Assembly (NCBI GenBank): GCA_013265495.1
Contig: MU058769.1
Span: forward strand, 644,477-708,476
Direction: 5' to 3'
DNA: 64,000 nucleotides
From: Vicugna vicugna
Lineage: Eukaryota
The translations under genes and the position numbers were made by a program. The notes beneath the pieces are model-generated. The model searched no databases, was not told the DNA's origin, and saw nothing but the letters and a program-made list of their open reading frames with translations. This document shows positions 36,301-52,302 of the stretch, piece by piece (position 1 is the stretch's first letter; every line of letters begins with the position of its first letter).

Positions 36301-39300
36301 GACATTAGGGGGAGTGGCTCTTTTGGGTTGGTGGTGAGGTCTCCGGTGAGAGTGTGAGTGTGACTGTAGAAGTGGAGCAGGGAGGGTAATTGATGAGGGG
36401 GATAGTTCACTTTCCTTTGCACCTTGCTTTCCAGCCGCTGTGCTTGACTTTGGAACCTTGGCTTTAGGGGAAGCTCCAGGCTTCCTGGACCTTCTAAGTC
36501 TGCATGTCCCTTCCTTTCCCTTCCAGAGGTACAGCGTTTCAGAGAAGCTGCCCCACCCTAAGCAAAATAGTTGCACTCACTCAGGACTTAATGTATATAA
36601 GTCTTTGGTCTTAACTGCAACCTATTGCTGGCTGGAGTGATGGTATTTATTTAAGTGAGGGCCATCTTTGACCAAAGAGATGATCCAGGAGCTCTGGTGC
36701 TGGGAACGCTATGGCGGTGAATTTTACAAGCAGGGAATTGCCTTAGACTGTATGACCTGGAAATCAGGAGGAGGCCAAAGAGGCCAGCGCATCTCCTTTC
36801 CTGACGATAACTCAGGTGACACAGCCATCGCTCCGCTTCCCTCAGATCTGGAGTGGGAAAGATGGAGTGACCTTGAATTGGACAGGCAATATTTTAAAAC
36901 TTCATCTTCCTTGAAATGTTATAGTCATGGTAGTGTTGTGGAGGTGGAAGGGGATGAGGAAGAATGCAGTTTTTGTCACATTCTTAATGTGTGGCTTAAA
37001 ATGTCATTTGGGGTCAGTCAACCCCCTTTTGCATCTGTGGCTCTGTGGGTGGCTCCCAGCTCCCTGGGTGGTGTTATCTTATCCGGGAGTACTCGGTCTA
37101 AGGCACTTGATATGGGCAAGGCTGATGGGAGGTAGGACTGCCTCTCTTCTGTACCTTCCAGGTCCATCCATCCCTTTGGGAAGCTTAACAAGGAGGGCTT
37201 TCCTTTGATAAGGATTGGGGAATTACACATATGACCTGCCTCAGCTTCCCTAGGTCTATATACTTTAGCCCCAGTACCCTACTCTCTATCCAGCACACAT
37301 TTACTTTAAGTGTCTGGAATAGAGAAATTCCTTGAACATATGTCTTAGTGATGATTCAGCCTGCTTAACAGCAGGTGGCGAGGAGGGGGCATGAAGAACT
37401 ATAGCTGAATTTGAGGCTGGGAATCTCTAGTAGCTTGCTTTTTTTTTTTTTTTTTCCTGGAGGAATATGTTCTGTCCTCCTTTTCTACTGAGAATGAGAG
37501 GAGCTGGGTTTCACTGCAGGTTATGGGATGTAGGTTAGACTGTACTTCATAACCTCTGTCAAACGATCAAGTAAGGATAGACAAGGCATCCGTTTATTCA
37601 GTTAATAAACATGTCAGGACCACCGTGTGCCAGATGCTGTGTTAGCTGGGCACCTGAGAGATGTAGATGACTAGAACTGGTCCTCGCCCTGGAAGAGCTC
37701 ACAACCTAGGTGGAGAACCCACATAAACTAGTGATTAAAGTCACATGGTAAGTGCACTATTAAAGATGGGTGAAGGACACTGTGGCAACGGGGGAGAAAG
37801 CACATCTCCTCAGGGTTCCTTAGTGCAGGAACTCCTTTTCCACTGTGAATTAGCAGACTGCTGATTCTGGGGGCTGAGGAGAGCATGTGATGCTTCTTGC
37901 ATCCTTTGGGCTGTGGGTTGTCTTGCCTTTAGTGAACAGACGCCTAATGATCTCATATCCTCCACCTGCCTGCATTCCCACTGAAATCATCTGCTTTTCT
38001 TTTACTTTACACCTAGGCAGGTGCGGAACTATTGCAAAGAACTGGGTCAGAGTGGTCTGGAAAGACTGGTCCTGTTTGAAGGGAGGTGCCTCCTTCGGAT
38101 ATGGCCTTTTCATTCTTCCAGTGGTTGACCCCTCGGACTCTCATTAACTCTTTGTACTTTGAAAATGCATTTTGTTTTGTTTCCAGTGGAGCATGGAACT
38201 GTTTGTTTTGAATGTCTTCAGTCTGCCAAGGGTATCTTTTTTCTCTAGAATTTCTCACAGCTTTAAAAATAGTCCTGAGTTGCTTGCAGGGTTTGCCTAA
38301 TATACAATGACTGTTGTGAGCATGAAGTTCCAGGGGGGCGGGAGTGTGCGTGAGGGGCTGTGTGCAAGGGTTGCTTCCTGCAGGCCTTGTTAGGCAGCAG
38401 AAGAGGTCAGACATTCCCTCACCTCTGCATAACCAGTGTTTTTAAAGGAATGAGGTTTGAGTTGCCCTTTCCTGACTCTTGCCCAGACACAGTATATAAG
38501 CTGCTCTCCCCACCCCTACTCACCGCCTCTCTCTTCTTGTTTTGGCTTATCAGATCAATGAGCTCAGCCAGGTGCCTCCCCCGGTGATGCTGCTGCCTGA
38601 CGACTTTAAGGCCAGCTCCAAAATCAAGGTCAACAATCACCTTTTCCACAGGTATGGAGGAATCCCCACCCTTGTCGTGTCAGCCTTCCTAGAAGAGACT
38701 AAAAAATAATTTTCAGAGTTAAGATTCAATGCGTTAAAGGTTTTAGATCTAGAAGGCAACTTACAAGTTGTACTGTATTGTCTGGTCTTCCCAATGCAGA
38801 AATTTAATTGTGTTGTGTAAAGAAACCACTAAAATAATTTCCAGTGTTCCCTACACCCTTAGCTCTATGTACTAGTTTATCTCACCTCTAGCCTGGCGAT
38901 TCCCTGGGTAGATACGTTTGGATGCCATCACTGTTAGCATCTAAGAGGGACAACCTGAAAGAATTACCCGAGTCCTGTAAGCCCTCCTAGGAGCAGGAGA
39001 GGCCATTCAAAACAGGGGCACCTGTTACTGATTTAAGGGTGTCTCTGACTCGCTCAAGATTTGGGAAATGCTGCTGTTTGGATGAGCAGTAGATCCTGGT
39101 TCTGCTTAAGCTATTTACTGTAAGTCACAAGACTTAAGCAGGTCACTCAACCACCCTGAGCCAGTCTCCCCTTCTATAAAATGGGAATAATACACCTTTA
39201 AAGGCCCTCACTAGGGTTTTATGAGAATCAGATAAGATGATACGTGTGAAGGTGTTTTACAAACTGTCTAGCCCTATATAAATGTAAGGTAATATTGTTA

Positions 39301-42300
39301 ATTTGTTTTCTTATCTTGAAAACCCCTATTGCAGGGAAAATCTGCCCAGTCATTTCAAGTTCAAGGAGTATTGTCCCCAGGTCTTCAGGAACCTCCGTGA
39401 TCGATTTGGCATTGATGACCAGGACTACTTGGTGAGAGTCCATTATGGGGTGAGGGCAGTCCTTTCTCCCTGACAACTGAGGAATCATTGGGACCGTCAT
39501 GTTTGGAGAAGTGAGGGCCTTGACCAGTATGATTCTTAACCTTTCTGTGGTCCCAGGCATCTTCCAAAATCTGATGAAAGCTGTAAACCCTGTCCTTGGG
39601 GGAAAAAATGTAGATACATTAAAAATTTTGCTTTCAATTTCATTGAGTCCAACTATGGACACCAGATTTAGAACCCCTGCTCATCCTCTTATGCTAGGGT
39701 TCTATCCACTTTCAGATGTGCTCAGTGACCACCATCCCTGTGACTTACTTCTCCATATAAAGAGGAAAGAAAAGAGCCTCTAGCCTATCCTGTGTCCCCA
39801 GGTGTCCCTAACCCGAAGCCCCCCGAGTGAAACTGAAGGCAGTGACGGTCGCTTCCTTATCTCCTATGATCGGACTCTGGTCATCAAAGAAGTATCCAGT
39901 GAGGACATTGCTGACATGCACAGCAACCTCTCCAACTACCACCAGGTCAGCCTCTCTCCAGCCTCGTTCCTCCCCTCCCCTCCCCGTTCAGCTTAGCGGC
40001 CAGAGCGCATGGGGAGATACCCTTCCCCTCTTCCTCCCAAAACCCATGTTACTCCCCAAGAAGCACTTGACATCATGCTTTTGAAAACTAGGCATTTCAC
40101 AAAGAAAGCCTCTATATGCCTGTTTGTGTTTCACTAACTAGAAGAGTTTAGACATGTTCCTTCTCATTTGGTGCTTACAACCTAAAACCACTGTGGATTG
40201 ATACGTGAAGGGCACGTGTAGAGTAAAGGATTAACTATAGTCAGACCTGGGTGAAGTGTCAATACCAAATGTACCATCAGGGACAGATGCAGTTTGGGGA
40301 GAAAACCAGGATAAATGGGATAAACTGGAGAGGAGATGCCATGATCACATCCAGCTCTAACTGGGATTAGGGGAACCTGTTTTGTCTGATCAGATGAATC
40401 TGGAATGTGAAGTGCCTGGAATATTTTGGGAATAAAAACATGACTGAATACTTTCTACTAAAGAAAAATCTCATCAAAATCAATGAGCAAGGAATAAATG
40501 AAAGACTCTAAAAAGAGTTTTTGGTTATTCAACAGATACTGAATATCTGTCATTAACCAGGCTCTACGTTAGACAGTAGAGAAAGAAGTGAATGAAACGG
40601 CCATGGCCTTGGAGGATCTCTTGGTCTAATGGTAGAGCCCGGTAAGCCAGCGTTAGCACGCAGCAAGACACGTGCAAGGAGCAGAGGTACCTTCAGAATG
40701 CCCTGGGTGGCAGAGGAGGAGCATCCTGGCTCACCTGGGGCAAGAGGTGCACTTGAGAGGCTCAAAGAGAGTCTTTTAGAGGGAGTATCCTGGGAGTTGA
40801 TTCTTGAATGACTAGTAGGGACTAGCCATTGGACAAGATGGAAGAGAGCATTCTAGGCAAAGGAAAACAGAGCCACAAGAGAGCTTGGCATTGCAGAACC
40901 ACAGGAAATTCAGTGTGGCTGGGATATGGCATTGTGGAAAAATAGTTAGGCAGGAGCCAGACTGGGAAGGGTTTTATAAGCCACACAAAGAGCTTGGGCT
41001 TCATCTTGAAGGTGGTTTGCAGCAGAGTGATATATATGTTATTTAGAAACATCCCCGTGACAGCATTTTAGAGACTGGATTGCAGAGGGGAAATACTGGG
41101 AGTGGAGATACCAGTTAGGAGGTAATTATAATAGTCCAGGTGAGAAATGACAAAGGCCTGGAGGAGTGACAGCGGTGGGCATGGCTTTCCATTTCCTTTG
41201 AGAGAATTGTGGGAATTAAGGCAAAGGCACTCCCAAATTCCTGGCTGGGGATGACTAGGTGCCCATTCACCAACAGTTGGGAAGCAGAAAAAGAAATTGG
41301 TTTTTGAAGGAAGACAGTTCTGATTTAGGCATGTTGAGTTTGGGTTTCTGCAGTCATTCAGGTATAGATGTCCAGTAAGTGATTGGGGTATGGGTTTCAG
41401 GAAAGAGAATTAGACTTGGAGTCTAGATTTCAGAGTTACAGGTAAATAGGTGCTAATTATCACTGAATTTAGACAAGATTGTTGAAGGGAAGTGCAGGGT
41501 GAAATGAAAAGAAGGTTGAGGACGGAACCTTAAGGAGCAAATAGACAAGAGAACCCATTAAGGAGACTAAGAGTCGATGGATGCTTTTAATGATTTATTC
41601 CCTGCTTCATTCCATACAGGATTTGAGGCAGAGGGGAGGAGAATCAGAGCAGTGTGATGGGAGCTCAGGGTGAAGAGTTACAAGGAGAGGCTGGGCAGTA
41701 GTATCTAGGGCCACCCACTCGAAATGTAGTAGTGCCAGGTACCTGTTAGATTTCACAACTGAGGGATGTGAAGCAGTAAGGAGTGGGGAAATTTCAGAGG
41801 AGAAATGAGGGTATAAATCTGATTTCAGTCATTTGAGGTGTGAATGAGAAAGAGGAAGTGGACTGATGGCTGACTAATTTTCTGAGAAGGTTGGCTATGG
41901 AGAGAAGTGGGCAGCAATACTGAGATGGTAGCATTGAAAGAGGAATTTTTTTTTAAGAATGCAAATTATACCTCCCTCCCCCTTCCAAAAAAATATAAAT
42001 TTTTAAAAAAGAATGCAAATTATAGGTCATATCATGCAAACATTATTGCTACGGGAATCTAGCCCACCAAGAAACATCGGTCTAGATAAAATCGTTTTGT
42101 TGATAAAGGGATGTGATTTCTAGTCCTGGTTCCGTGATCACTTACACATAAGGAAGGTCCAAAACAAGGATAATAACGCCTTCCCTGTCTCCAGGAATGA
42201 TAAAGATGAAACACAACATTAACATTTAAAATTAGGAGACATACGAACAGAATAAACCAGAGGAGATGAGGATTCAGAAACTGAATAACCAGGGGCATCT

Positions 42301-44683
42301 TTAGAAAGCCCCCACCACTTTGGACCTTCTGTAACTTCTTACTTGAAGTTTTCTGCCTCCCTGTGGAACAGTAGCATTTGAATTCCCATCCCTGGGCTGT
42401 TTGTGTATCTGCTGCTCAGACTCCCCCTCCCTTCCTCCCTCCCACCACAGTACATTGTGAAGTGCCATGGCAGCACGCTGCTGCCCCAGTTCCTGGGCAT
42501 GTACCGGGTTAGCGTGGACAACGAGGACAGCTACATGCTTGTGATGCGCAACATGTTTAGCCATCGTCTTCCTGTGCACAGGAAGTATGACCTCAAGGTA
42601 AGGGGAGGATGGTGAGCACTGGAGCGGGGAGGCTCCTGATGACCTGAGAGTGGGGAAGGGCCAGGGAGGGCACTCGATGACTCATTTTAAAGGAAAGAGG
42701 GCTGTGGGTTTAAGCACTTGTCTTAGGAGCTGGGTTCTGGCTGTTCTTTTAGCCATTTTTGCTGACTTAGTCTTTGGGTCTCTTCACAGGGCTCGCTAGT
42801 GTCCCGGGAAGCCAGCGATAAGGAGAAGGTGATATAATTTTAAGTGACAGGGTGAGGGATGGGGGAGGGCAGGTGAAAGGGATCTCCTTAGGATAAAGAA
42901 GTAGGGATCACCGGCTATTTATTTTTATCTTAAACCACCAAAGAGAAGAGAGATGTGAACTGTCACCGATCCAGGGATTGTTGGGGAGGAGCGGCGGGAA
43001 GAGCTGCTTTGTCGCTGGCACGGGTTATCCCATGTGGAAGGTTCGGGGACTTCAAGAGCCAGATGCTTACCTGCCACCTTCCATTCTGAGCTTTCATATT
43101 CAAGCAGCTGTTTCTGCTTAAGAGGAAGAAAGAAAAGTCAGCTTGAGGGTCTGGACTGAAAACCATAGGCAAAAAGCAGGTGTAGCTGCAGTGACTGAGG
43201 CTGGGGGAGCCATGGCGGTGAGAACAGACTGGGCAGCACCGCAGCGCGGAGCCAGATGAGAGCTGGGCCGTGACTCTCTCTCCCCTGGCGGCCCCCGAGT
43301 TAGAGACGGAGCCCCAGATGGAGCAGGGCTTGCTGTGACTGACCGCGGGGGAAGGGCTGTGGTCGCAAGACGTCCCTTTAACTATTCTCAGGTGAAAGAA
43401 TTGCCCACCCTTAAGGATATGGACTTTCTCAACAAGAACCAGAAAGTCTATATTGGTGAAGAGGAGAAGAAGGTCTTTCTAGAGAAGCTAAAGAGAGATG
43501 TGGAGGTGATGACTGGGGTGCTGGGGAAATGGCTCTGTTTCCCTTTTTTGCTCCCCACAGGGCAGTTGTCTCTCCCATTCACAATATGAGGGAACTCCTC
43601 CCCTTCCCTTTGGGTTTTCTGCATGTAGGGGAGTTGGGTATGAGACATGAAAACCCCTAGTGGTGACCTATGGAGGAAGTGGCTGGAATGAGCTAAAAGG
43701 ATGATCTTAGATACCAGGACATTTAGGTAACAAAGGGCAATAGTATACTCCCAACCCTCAATTTTTACACTTCCCCAGGAGGGCCCCAGAAATTCAGGGG
43801 TGGAGGTATAAGGGTGGTACTTGGGAGTGGAGAGGAGGATCTGGGGTGTCTCATTTGTCACTGGGGTCTCAGTTCCTAGTGCAGCTGAAGATCATGGACT
43901 ACAGCCTTCTGCTGGGCATCCATGACATCATTCGGGGCTCTGAACCGGAGGAGGAGGGACCTGTGCGGGAGGAGGAGTCAGAGGGGGATGGGGACTGCGG
44001 CCTGACTGGGCCTCCTGCTCTGGTGGGCTCCTATGGTACTTCCCCTGAGGGTATCGGCGGCTACATCCATTCCCACCGGCCCCTGGGCCCTGGAGAGTTT
44101 GAATCCTTCATTGATGTCTACGCCATCCGGAGCGCGGAGGGTGAGAGATCCTGGAAATTTTAAGGACGGGGAGGTAGTTCCTGGGGAACAGGGACCAGGG
44201 TGGTGGGTGGAGAAGCTGGTTAGCTCTTCACAGATCTGACTGGTTCCTGGGGAGAGGGATTTGGGACTACACTTGCTGTTCACTGCTGGTCTCTTTCCCC
44301 TGGTCTCTCTACCCAGGGGCCCCCCAGAAGGAGGTTTATTTCATGGGCCTCATTGACATCCTGACACAGTATGATGCCAAGAAGAAAGCAGCTCATGCCG
44401 CCAAAACTGTCAAGCATGGGGTGAGGGTTCTCTCAAGTCTTTCCTTTCCTGTCTTGACTGTTCTTTGGGAAGAGAGAGTCGTGTCAGAGCAGTGGGGTGG
44501 CAGAAGAACGAGGGGTTGGGTATGGAATTGGTCTGGATGGCGCAGAGGGTGGGGCATGGGAAAGGAGGGCACTGACACCATCTTCCATACCTCTTCTCAC
44601 AGGCGGGGGCAGAGATCTCGACTGTCCATCCTGAGCAGTATGCTAAGCGATTCCTGGATTTTATTACCAACATCTTTGCCTAA
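35781..44683 (+). CDS. PIP4K2C: Phosphatidylinositol 5-phosphate 4-kinase type-2 gamma, complete, 10 exons, 1266 nt / 421 aa
   Basis: MASSSVPPA...[19 protein letters not shown] motifs [20 protein letters not shown]; ends FITNIFA*; exon lengths sum in frame. Confidence 0.99.
38554..38651 (+). CDS. PIP4K2C: PIP4K2C exon 2
   Basis: [32 protein letters not shown]. Confidence 0.96.
39090..39290 (+). mobile_element. MIR SINE fossil
   Basis: ggtcactcaaccaccctgagccagtctccccttctataaaatgggaataata...tgtgaaggtgttttacaaact. Confidence 0.7.
39335..39431 (+). CDS. PIP4K2C: PIP4K2C exon 3
   Basis: [32 protein letters not shown]. Confidence 0.96.
39802..39945 (+). CDS. PIP4K2C: PIP4K2C exon 4
   Basis: [29 protein letters not shown]...NYHQ. 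Confidence 0.96.
40520..41930 (-). mobile_element. L2 LINE fossil in PIP4K2C intron 4
   Basis: Purine-rich antisense L2 motifs (agcattctaggcaaaggaaaacag; ataatagtccaggtgagaaatga; ggtatagatgtccagtaag); edges approximate. Confidence 0.75.
41971..42008 (+). mobile_element. Severely 5'-truncated SINE tail with 16-bp TSD
   Basis: AAGAATGCAAATTATA at 41955-41970 and 42009-42024 flanks cctccctcccccttccaaaaaaatataaatttttaaaa. Confidence 0.65.
42451..42597 (+). CDS. PIP4K2C: PIP4K2C exon 5
   Basis: [19 protein letters not shown]...KYDLK. Confidence 0.96.
42790..42828 (+). CDS. PIP4K2C: PIP4K2C exon 6
   Basis: [13 protein letters not shown]. Confidence 0.95.
43392..43505 (+). CDS. PIP4K2C: PIP4K2C exon 7
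   Basis: [14 protein letters not shown]...LKRDVE. Confidence 0.96.
43873..44140 (+). CDS. PIP4K2C: PIP4K2C exon 8
   Basis: [18 protein letters not shown]...YAIRSAE. Confidence 0.96.
44317..44420 (+). CDS. PIP4K2C: PIP4K2C exon 9
   Basis: [34 protein letters not shown]. Confidence 0.96.
44603..44683 (+). CDS. PIP4K2C: PIP4K2C exon 10 coding part
   Basis: [26 protein letters not shown]. Confidence 0.96.
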
Positions 44684-46336
44684 GCCAAGAGACGGCCTGA
44701 TTGCATGGTGACTGCTGCTTTATGTTCCAGGTGGTGGGGTTCTGAGAGGCTTGGGGCAATTGTGGATATCCTGGCCACTTCTCTTCCTCCTTTGCTGACT
44801 TTAGGCTACAAGCGCCTTCCATCCAAATAACTCCATCTTGTGGAGTAGGCTCTTCTTGGCCCTCGGAATTACACTGACCTCTCTCCCCTTCCCTCCTCCT
44901 CTCCCTTCCCCTCAACAAGTCTGCTTGCTTCATTAGAGTGTTACTGTTGACTCTCCCAAGTGCCTTGATCTTTGTAAGATGTCCTGTTGTTTCCATAACC
45001 TAGGAGGAGCTGGGGGAAGGGGGTTGTTTGCCATCTTCAGGACCTGACTGGACAGATGGACCTGGCTCAAGCAACTACTCTGGATGCCTTCTGTCATATG
45101 AGATGCACTAAGAGTATCTGAATTTTGCTGATAACTTTATAGAGCTCATTGTGGCATGCTTCCTTCCCAGTAGGCCCTGGGATGGAAGATGTTCCAAGAT
45201 ACTACAGATGTGGGTGCAGACATGCGTACACATGATGGGATGTGGCGGAGCTTAAAAGGTGGGGTGGAGAGTGCTCAGCAGCCTGGCATCTCATGGAGGT
45301 GGGACCTCTGAGGACTCTTGTGATTATGCAGATAACTGGAGAAGGTCTCTGTCAAGGGTTGACTACTCTCCAGTCTCTTCCTGCACCCGACTTTCACGCC
45401 GACCCATGTACTTCTGGGCACAGGAGCCCAGAGATGGCCTGGCCACCAAAGTGTTGAATCCAGGGTGGAACGTTTGACTATTGCTGCTCTTCACCAGGAC
45501 CTCATATCCCTCCTGGGGCTGGAACCCTTCAGTGTGGGTGTGGCCAGTTCTGGAGGCTAGGAGGATGGGCCAGGGCTGTAAGGCTCATTCCTCATGTTAA
45601 ATTTCCTTTCTTCATGTCTGGCCATCCATGAGGTTTTAGTCCCAACAGAAGGGAAGGAATATCTCTATCTGGGTCAACCCTTGTCATTTCAAGAAGATGG
45701 AGGTCTCACGTGTAGGGACCTCCTCTACTCCCCGGAAATGTGGCCCTAGTATACTTCCTTCCCCCACCCCTTCTGAAACCCTTTTTTCCAGTTGGATTTG
45801 TTATTCTGTTCTTTTTTGTCCCATCTTATACTGCTACTGTGTCTCCCAGGGGACAGATGGCCTTCTTTGTCATCTTCACTCTCCACCCCCAGAGAGGAGT
45901 CAGAGCTGTAACTCAATCACCCAGCCCCCTCCAAAGAGAGCTGAGTTGATGCGTGATATTCTCAGAATGCGGAGGACCCTGATGAGCTGAGATGGTGTCC
46001 TCCTCTCCCTCCAATGCCTCTGGGGCTAAAGCAGACATTCTTTTGATTCTGCACCCCCCCCTCCCAGGCATCTGCATTTCTCTAAAACAAAGATGGGCAC
46101 CAGCAACTAACCTGTGGGGGTGCAAAGGCTCTTGGCTCTGTATCTGGCTGGACTGATCTGTCTCACAAGAAGTCATGAGGTCATAAAGGAGAATTTCTCC
46201 CTCTCCTCCATCTTCTGCTCCAAAGGAAGGAACAAGAGGAGTCCCCAGTTAAGGATTGGAGCCCCTATACTATCTTCCTGATGGAGCCTGATGGATCTTT
46301 TTCATTCCAGCGGTCTTCCTTTCCCCTGTTGAATGC

Positions 46337-46520
46337 AATAAAACTCCATGACACCAGCAACTGCTGTTCTTTAGAAATGGGTTTTCTGACCATTTGGCTG
46401 ATACATCATAAGCATTATGGTTTTCTTCATTGTTGCTTCCGTTTTTCACCTTTTTGTTTTATTAGTTAATTAAAAATATCGTGTATATTTACTCATTGCT
46501 GTCACTATATAGAAAATAAA
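46337..46520 (+). terminator. PIP4K2C polyadenylation signals
   Basis: AATAAA at 46337 and 46515 with U/GU-rich flanks. Confidence 0.65.
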
Positions 46521-47879
46521 TTATTGAATCCAAATTCCTTCACAGAAATGCCTCTTTCCCCCTCTCCTCCCGTTTTTTGCAAGCCTGTGCTTAGGGATGC
46601 AGAGACCAGATGAAGAATTCTGACCTTTAAGTTGTTGGGCCCCTAACTAAGAATGTGGATTCCTAGATAGACAGCTGTGAACTTGAAAGGTTGCAAGGGG
46701 TGTGCATAGGAATGGAAAACATTCTCCAATTCTGTGGGAGTTCAGGGACAACTGAGATGCTATGACCCTCCCTTTTCCCCCAGGGTTCTCAACTAGATCA
46801 CACCCCGAATCTGTAAAGGTGAGCAAGTCTATCAGCAGCACGAACATGAGCTAAAAGAGAAGGAATTCAGTGTTCCCCCAGGCTTCCTGGGAAAGATGTC
46901 CTCTGTCTGGAGGGCAGGAAGAGTACAGCAGGGTCCTGGGAAAGTGGAGAAGAAAGTGACCAACCATCCAGCCCGGAGGGGGAGTGAAAAGGGGGTGGAC
47001 GAGCAGAGGTTGCTGCCAGTCTGGGAGATCCATCCAGTAGTGCTTGGCCGAGGAGATCTTTTGGCTGGTGGAAAAACCTGGCTGATGTGGCCCCAGGGAA
47101 GTGAGTTGGACTGGGGGTGGAGATTGCTCTGATGTGGGAAGCAGAACAGCGAAGAGGTTTTTTTTTTTCCCCTTGAGAGTTTTTAACTCCATTTTAACCA
47201 TAGACGTGACACCACCACCACTCTAAGGCATTTTTCCAAAAAATGTATTCACTTCTCATTCTGCATCAGCCTGGGTATCCCTGTTTGTGGAAAGAGAAAA
47301 TTCAGAGGCACTTACCAATACCCATCTGAGAGCAGGTTTTGGGGGTGTCACAGAAGGTAACAATCCAGGAAAAGGCAGATGAGAGAGGGGATTGAAACAG
47401 TTTAGTCTTGGGTGGTTGTTTTTTTTTTTTCAGAGCCAATGGTTTTCTTTTTAATATGACTCTTCCTATCTCATATTTGTTAAAGGCCCTTCTAGAAAAA
47501 GGATCACAGAAAAATCAACCCCTTCTTCCCCATCTACCTAAACCGACACTTCTCATTCACCCACCCACCCACCACCAGTTCCCAGAAGGCGCCACACAGC
47601 TGGCTGGAGAAGAAAGGGGGGCGAGCCCCTCCCAGGAGGGGGAACGAGAAGGGTGGCGTCTCAAAGGGGTTTAACCTCCTACCCTCGGTTCCACGACACC
47701 ACCCCCTCCCTCCAAAGACTGGGACGGCGCCTCCATTTTTATTTTGGGGCAGAGGGGCAGGGGCGTGTGGATTGAAGGGGTCAGAGGGAACGGTGATTAT
47801 CACCTGTGAGGGGAAAGAGGGTGCCATCCTCCCTCCTTCCCTTTCCCTCAGTCTGCACCCCCTGGAAAATATCCCCCAC

Positions 47880-48400
47880 CTTCTCGGGGTCTCCCCCCCC
47901 TTGTTGCTAAGGCCCAGACCGTCATCCCAGCAACAGCCTCAGTCATGTGACCGGCAATGGCGGCGCTGACGAGAGGTAGGTGAGCCCGGCGCCCCCCACA
48001 CCCACCGCGCGCCCCCCCGGGCCCGGCTCGCACCCCCTGCGCGCCCTCCTGCTCCCCCTGCACCCCCTCCTCCGCCTCCTTCCCCCGCGCGCGGCGCCGG
48101 GGGCCCCTCCGGGCCCGGCGGATCCTCTTTCTGTCACCCTCCAGCCTTGGCCTCCATTTGGGGGTTCCGGGGCCCGCGATGGGGCCGACATGCACCCCCA
48201 CCCAGTGGTGGGACTCCGGGGGCTCCGGCCAGAGGGGGATCTGGGGAGGTGGTTCCGGGTCGGGTCTTGCAGGATGTCGTGGGGGGAGGGGTGGAGATGC
48301 CTCCGCTGATGCCCCAGGGACCCTGGTCCTTCCCAGCTGCCCCTGTCGCCGGCCTCTGTCTGGCGGGAGGGACTGGCCCTGTGTCCGGCCTGGGTTGCCC
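47880..48400 (+). promoter_or_regulatory. DTX3 CpG-island promoter / first exon (donor at 47975 or 47979)
   Basis: CpG-rich; GTCATGTGAC 47942-47951; tandem donors GAG|gtag|gtgagc. Confidence 0.7.
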
Positions 48401-49618
48401 CAGAGGAATCAGAGACCCAGCATAAACTGTGGCCCCGCCTCCCTTTTCTGTGCCAGCAGGACTTGGAGCAAGGGACACTTAAGTCCTGGCTTCCCTCTGC
48501 CATATGGGGAGGGGGTGTTCCACCTGGATGGACAGTATGACCTGAGGCTTTAGGGTTCCAGTTTCACTTTCTGAATCTTGAGGTGCCTCTGGCCTTGAGG
48601 GGACTACGATGGAAGCACAAAAGGAGAGCTGTTCCCCTTTGGATCAGCCAAGGAATTGAGGTCACAGTAACGGCCCTTCTTCCTCTTTGGGCTGCATTTG
48701 GAGGTACTGTAGGGCCAGTTCCTAGCTGAACACGGCAAGACTCGGGAAACAGGCTCCTCTAGTCCATCCCCTGCGCGAGCCCCACCCGTCCCTAAATGCA
48801 GCCTAGGTTGCTGACAGGCTTGGACTTCCAGTCCTGGGTTTAAAAGCTGACAGTGAGAACTTTGTGACTGTAGGGGCTGCTGTCACTTCGTCGGCATTCC
48901 AGACTCCAGCAGAAGGGACTGGGTTAGCTCTCAAGGAAGGCTCCCCAGCATAGGGGCTGAATTATTTGGAAACATGGAGCAGGGCGAGGAGTTGAGGAGA
49001 AAAGGAAATATTCTTGTCCATGTGATCTGAGGGAGGTGGCAAAAAAGACCTCTATCTGTGTGGGCTTTTCCCTTACTGACTTCTCTCAGCTGTGTCCCTA
49101 GGCTTTCTTAAGAGCCTCAGAGCTGGGGAAGACAGAGGAAAGTTAGCATGTTGAAGTTCCTTCTTTAGCAGTTTGGCGAGAGGCTGGGGATGGAATTCTG
49201 CAAGAGACAAGAAGAGGAAATGGAAGAGGAGTTTTTGTTTTGTTTCTGGGCTGATGGGAAAATGATAATATTTGTCATCCTAACCTTTTACCCCTCCACT
49301 CTGCCCATCCCCCAGGCCTGGTCAGCTGAGTGTGCAAACAGGGATTTCTGCAGCTGTCAGCATCGTCCATGGGCTTTCCAGGTACCTGCCTTCCATGAGA
49401 ACCTCAACTTTCACTTTTAAATTGGTTTCCTCCACTTGATGTTCCAAGTTACCCCATCTTCAGTAACTTACACCCAGGTTCTGTTTCCGTTCCATGGGCT
49501 GCTGGGTTGGGGTGTGTGGGAATGGGGGAAGGGATTTCTCACTTTCCCTCTTTCCCTTTCCACCCACCAGGTCACACAACCTACAAGTAGGGAGCAGGGA
49601 CAGAGAGAGAGAGCCTGC

Positions 49619-52302
<2,684 letters not shown>

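Noticed and set aside
36668..37135. 155-codon ORF in PIP4K2C intron 1
   Set aside because: No recognisable homology, splice context, poly(A) remnant or TSD; consistent with a chance ORF (BLASTp/PhyloCSF would settle it)
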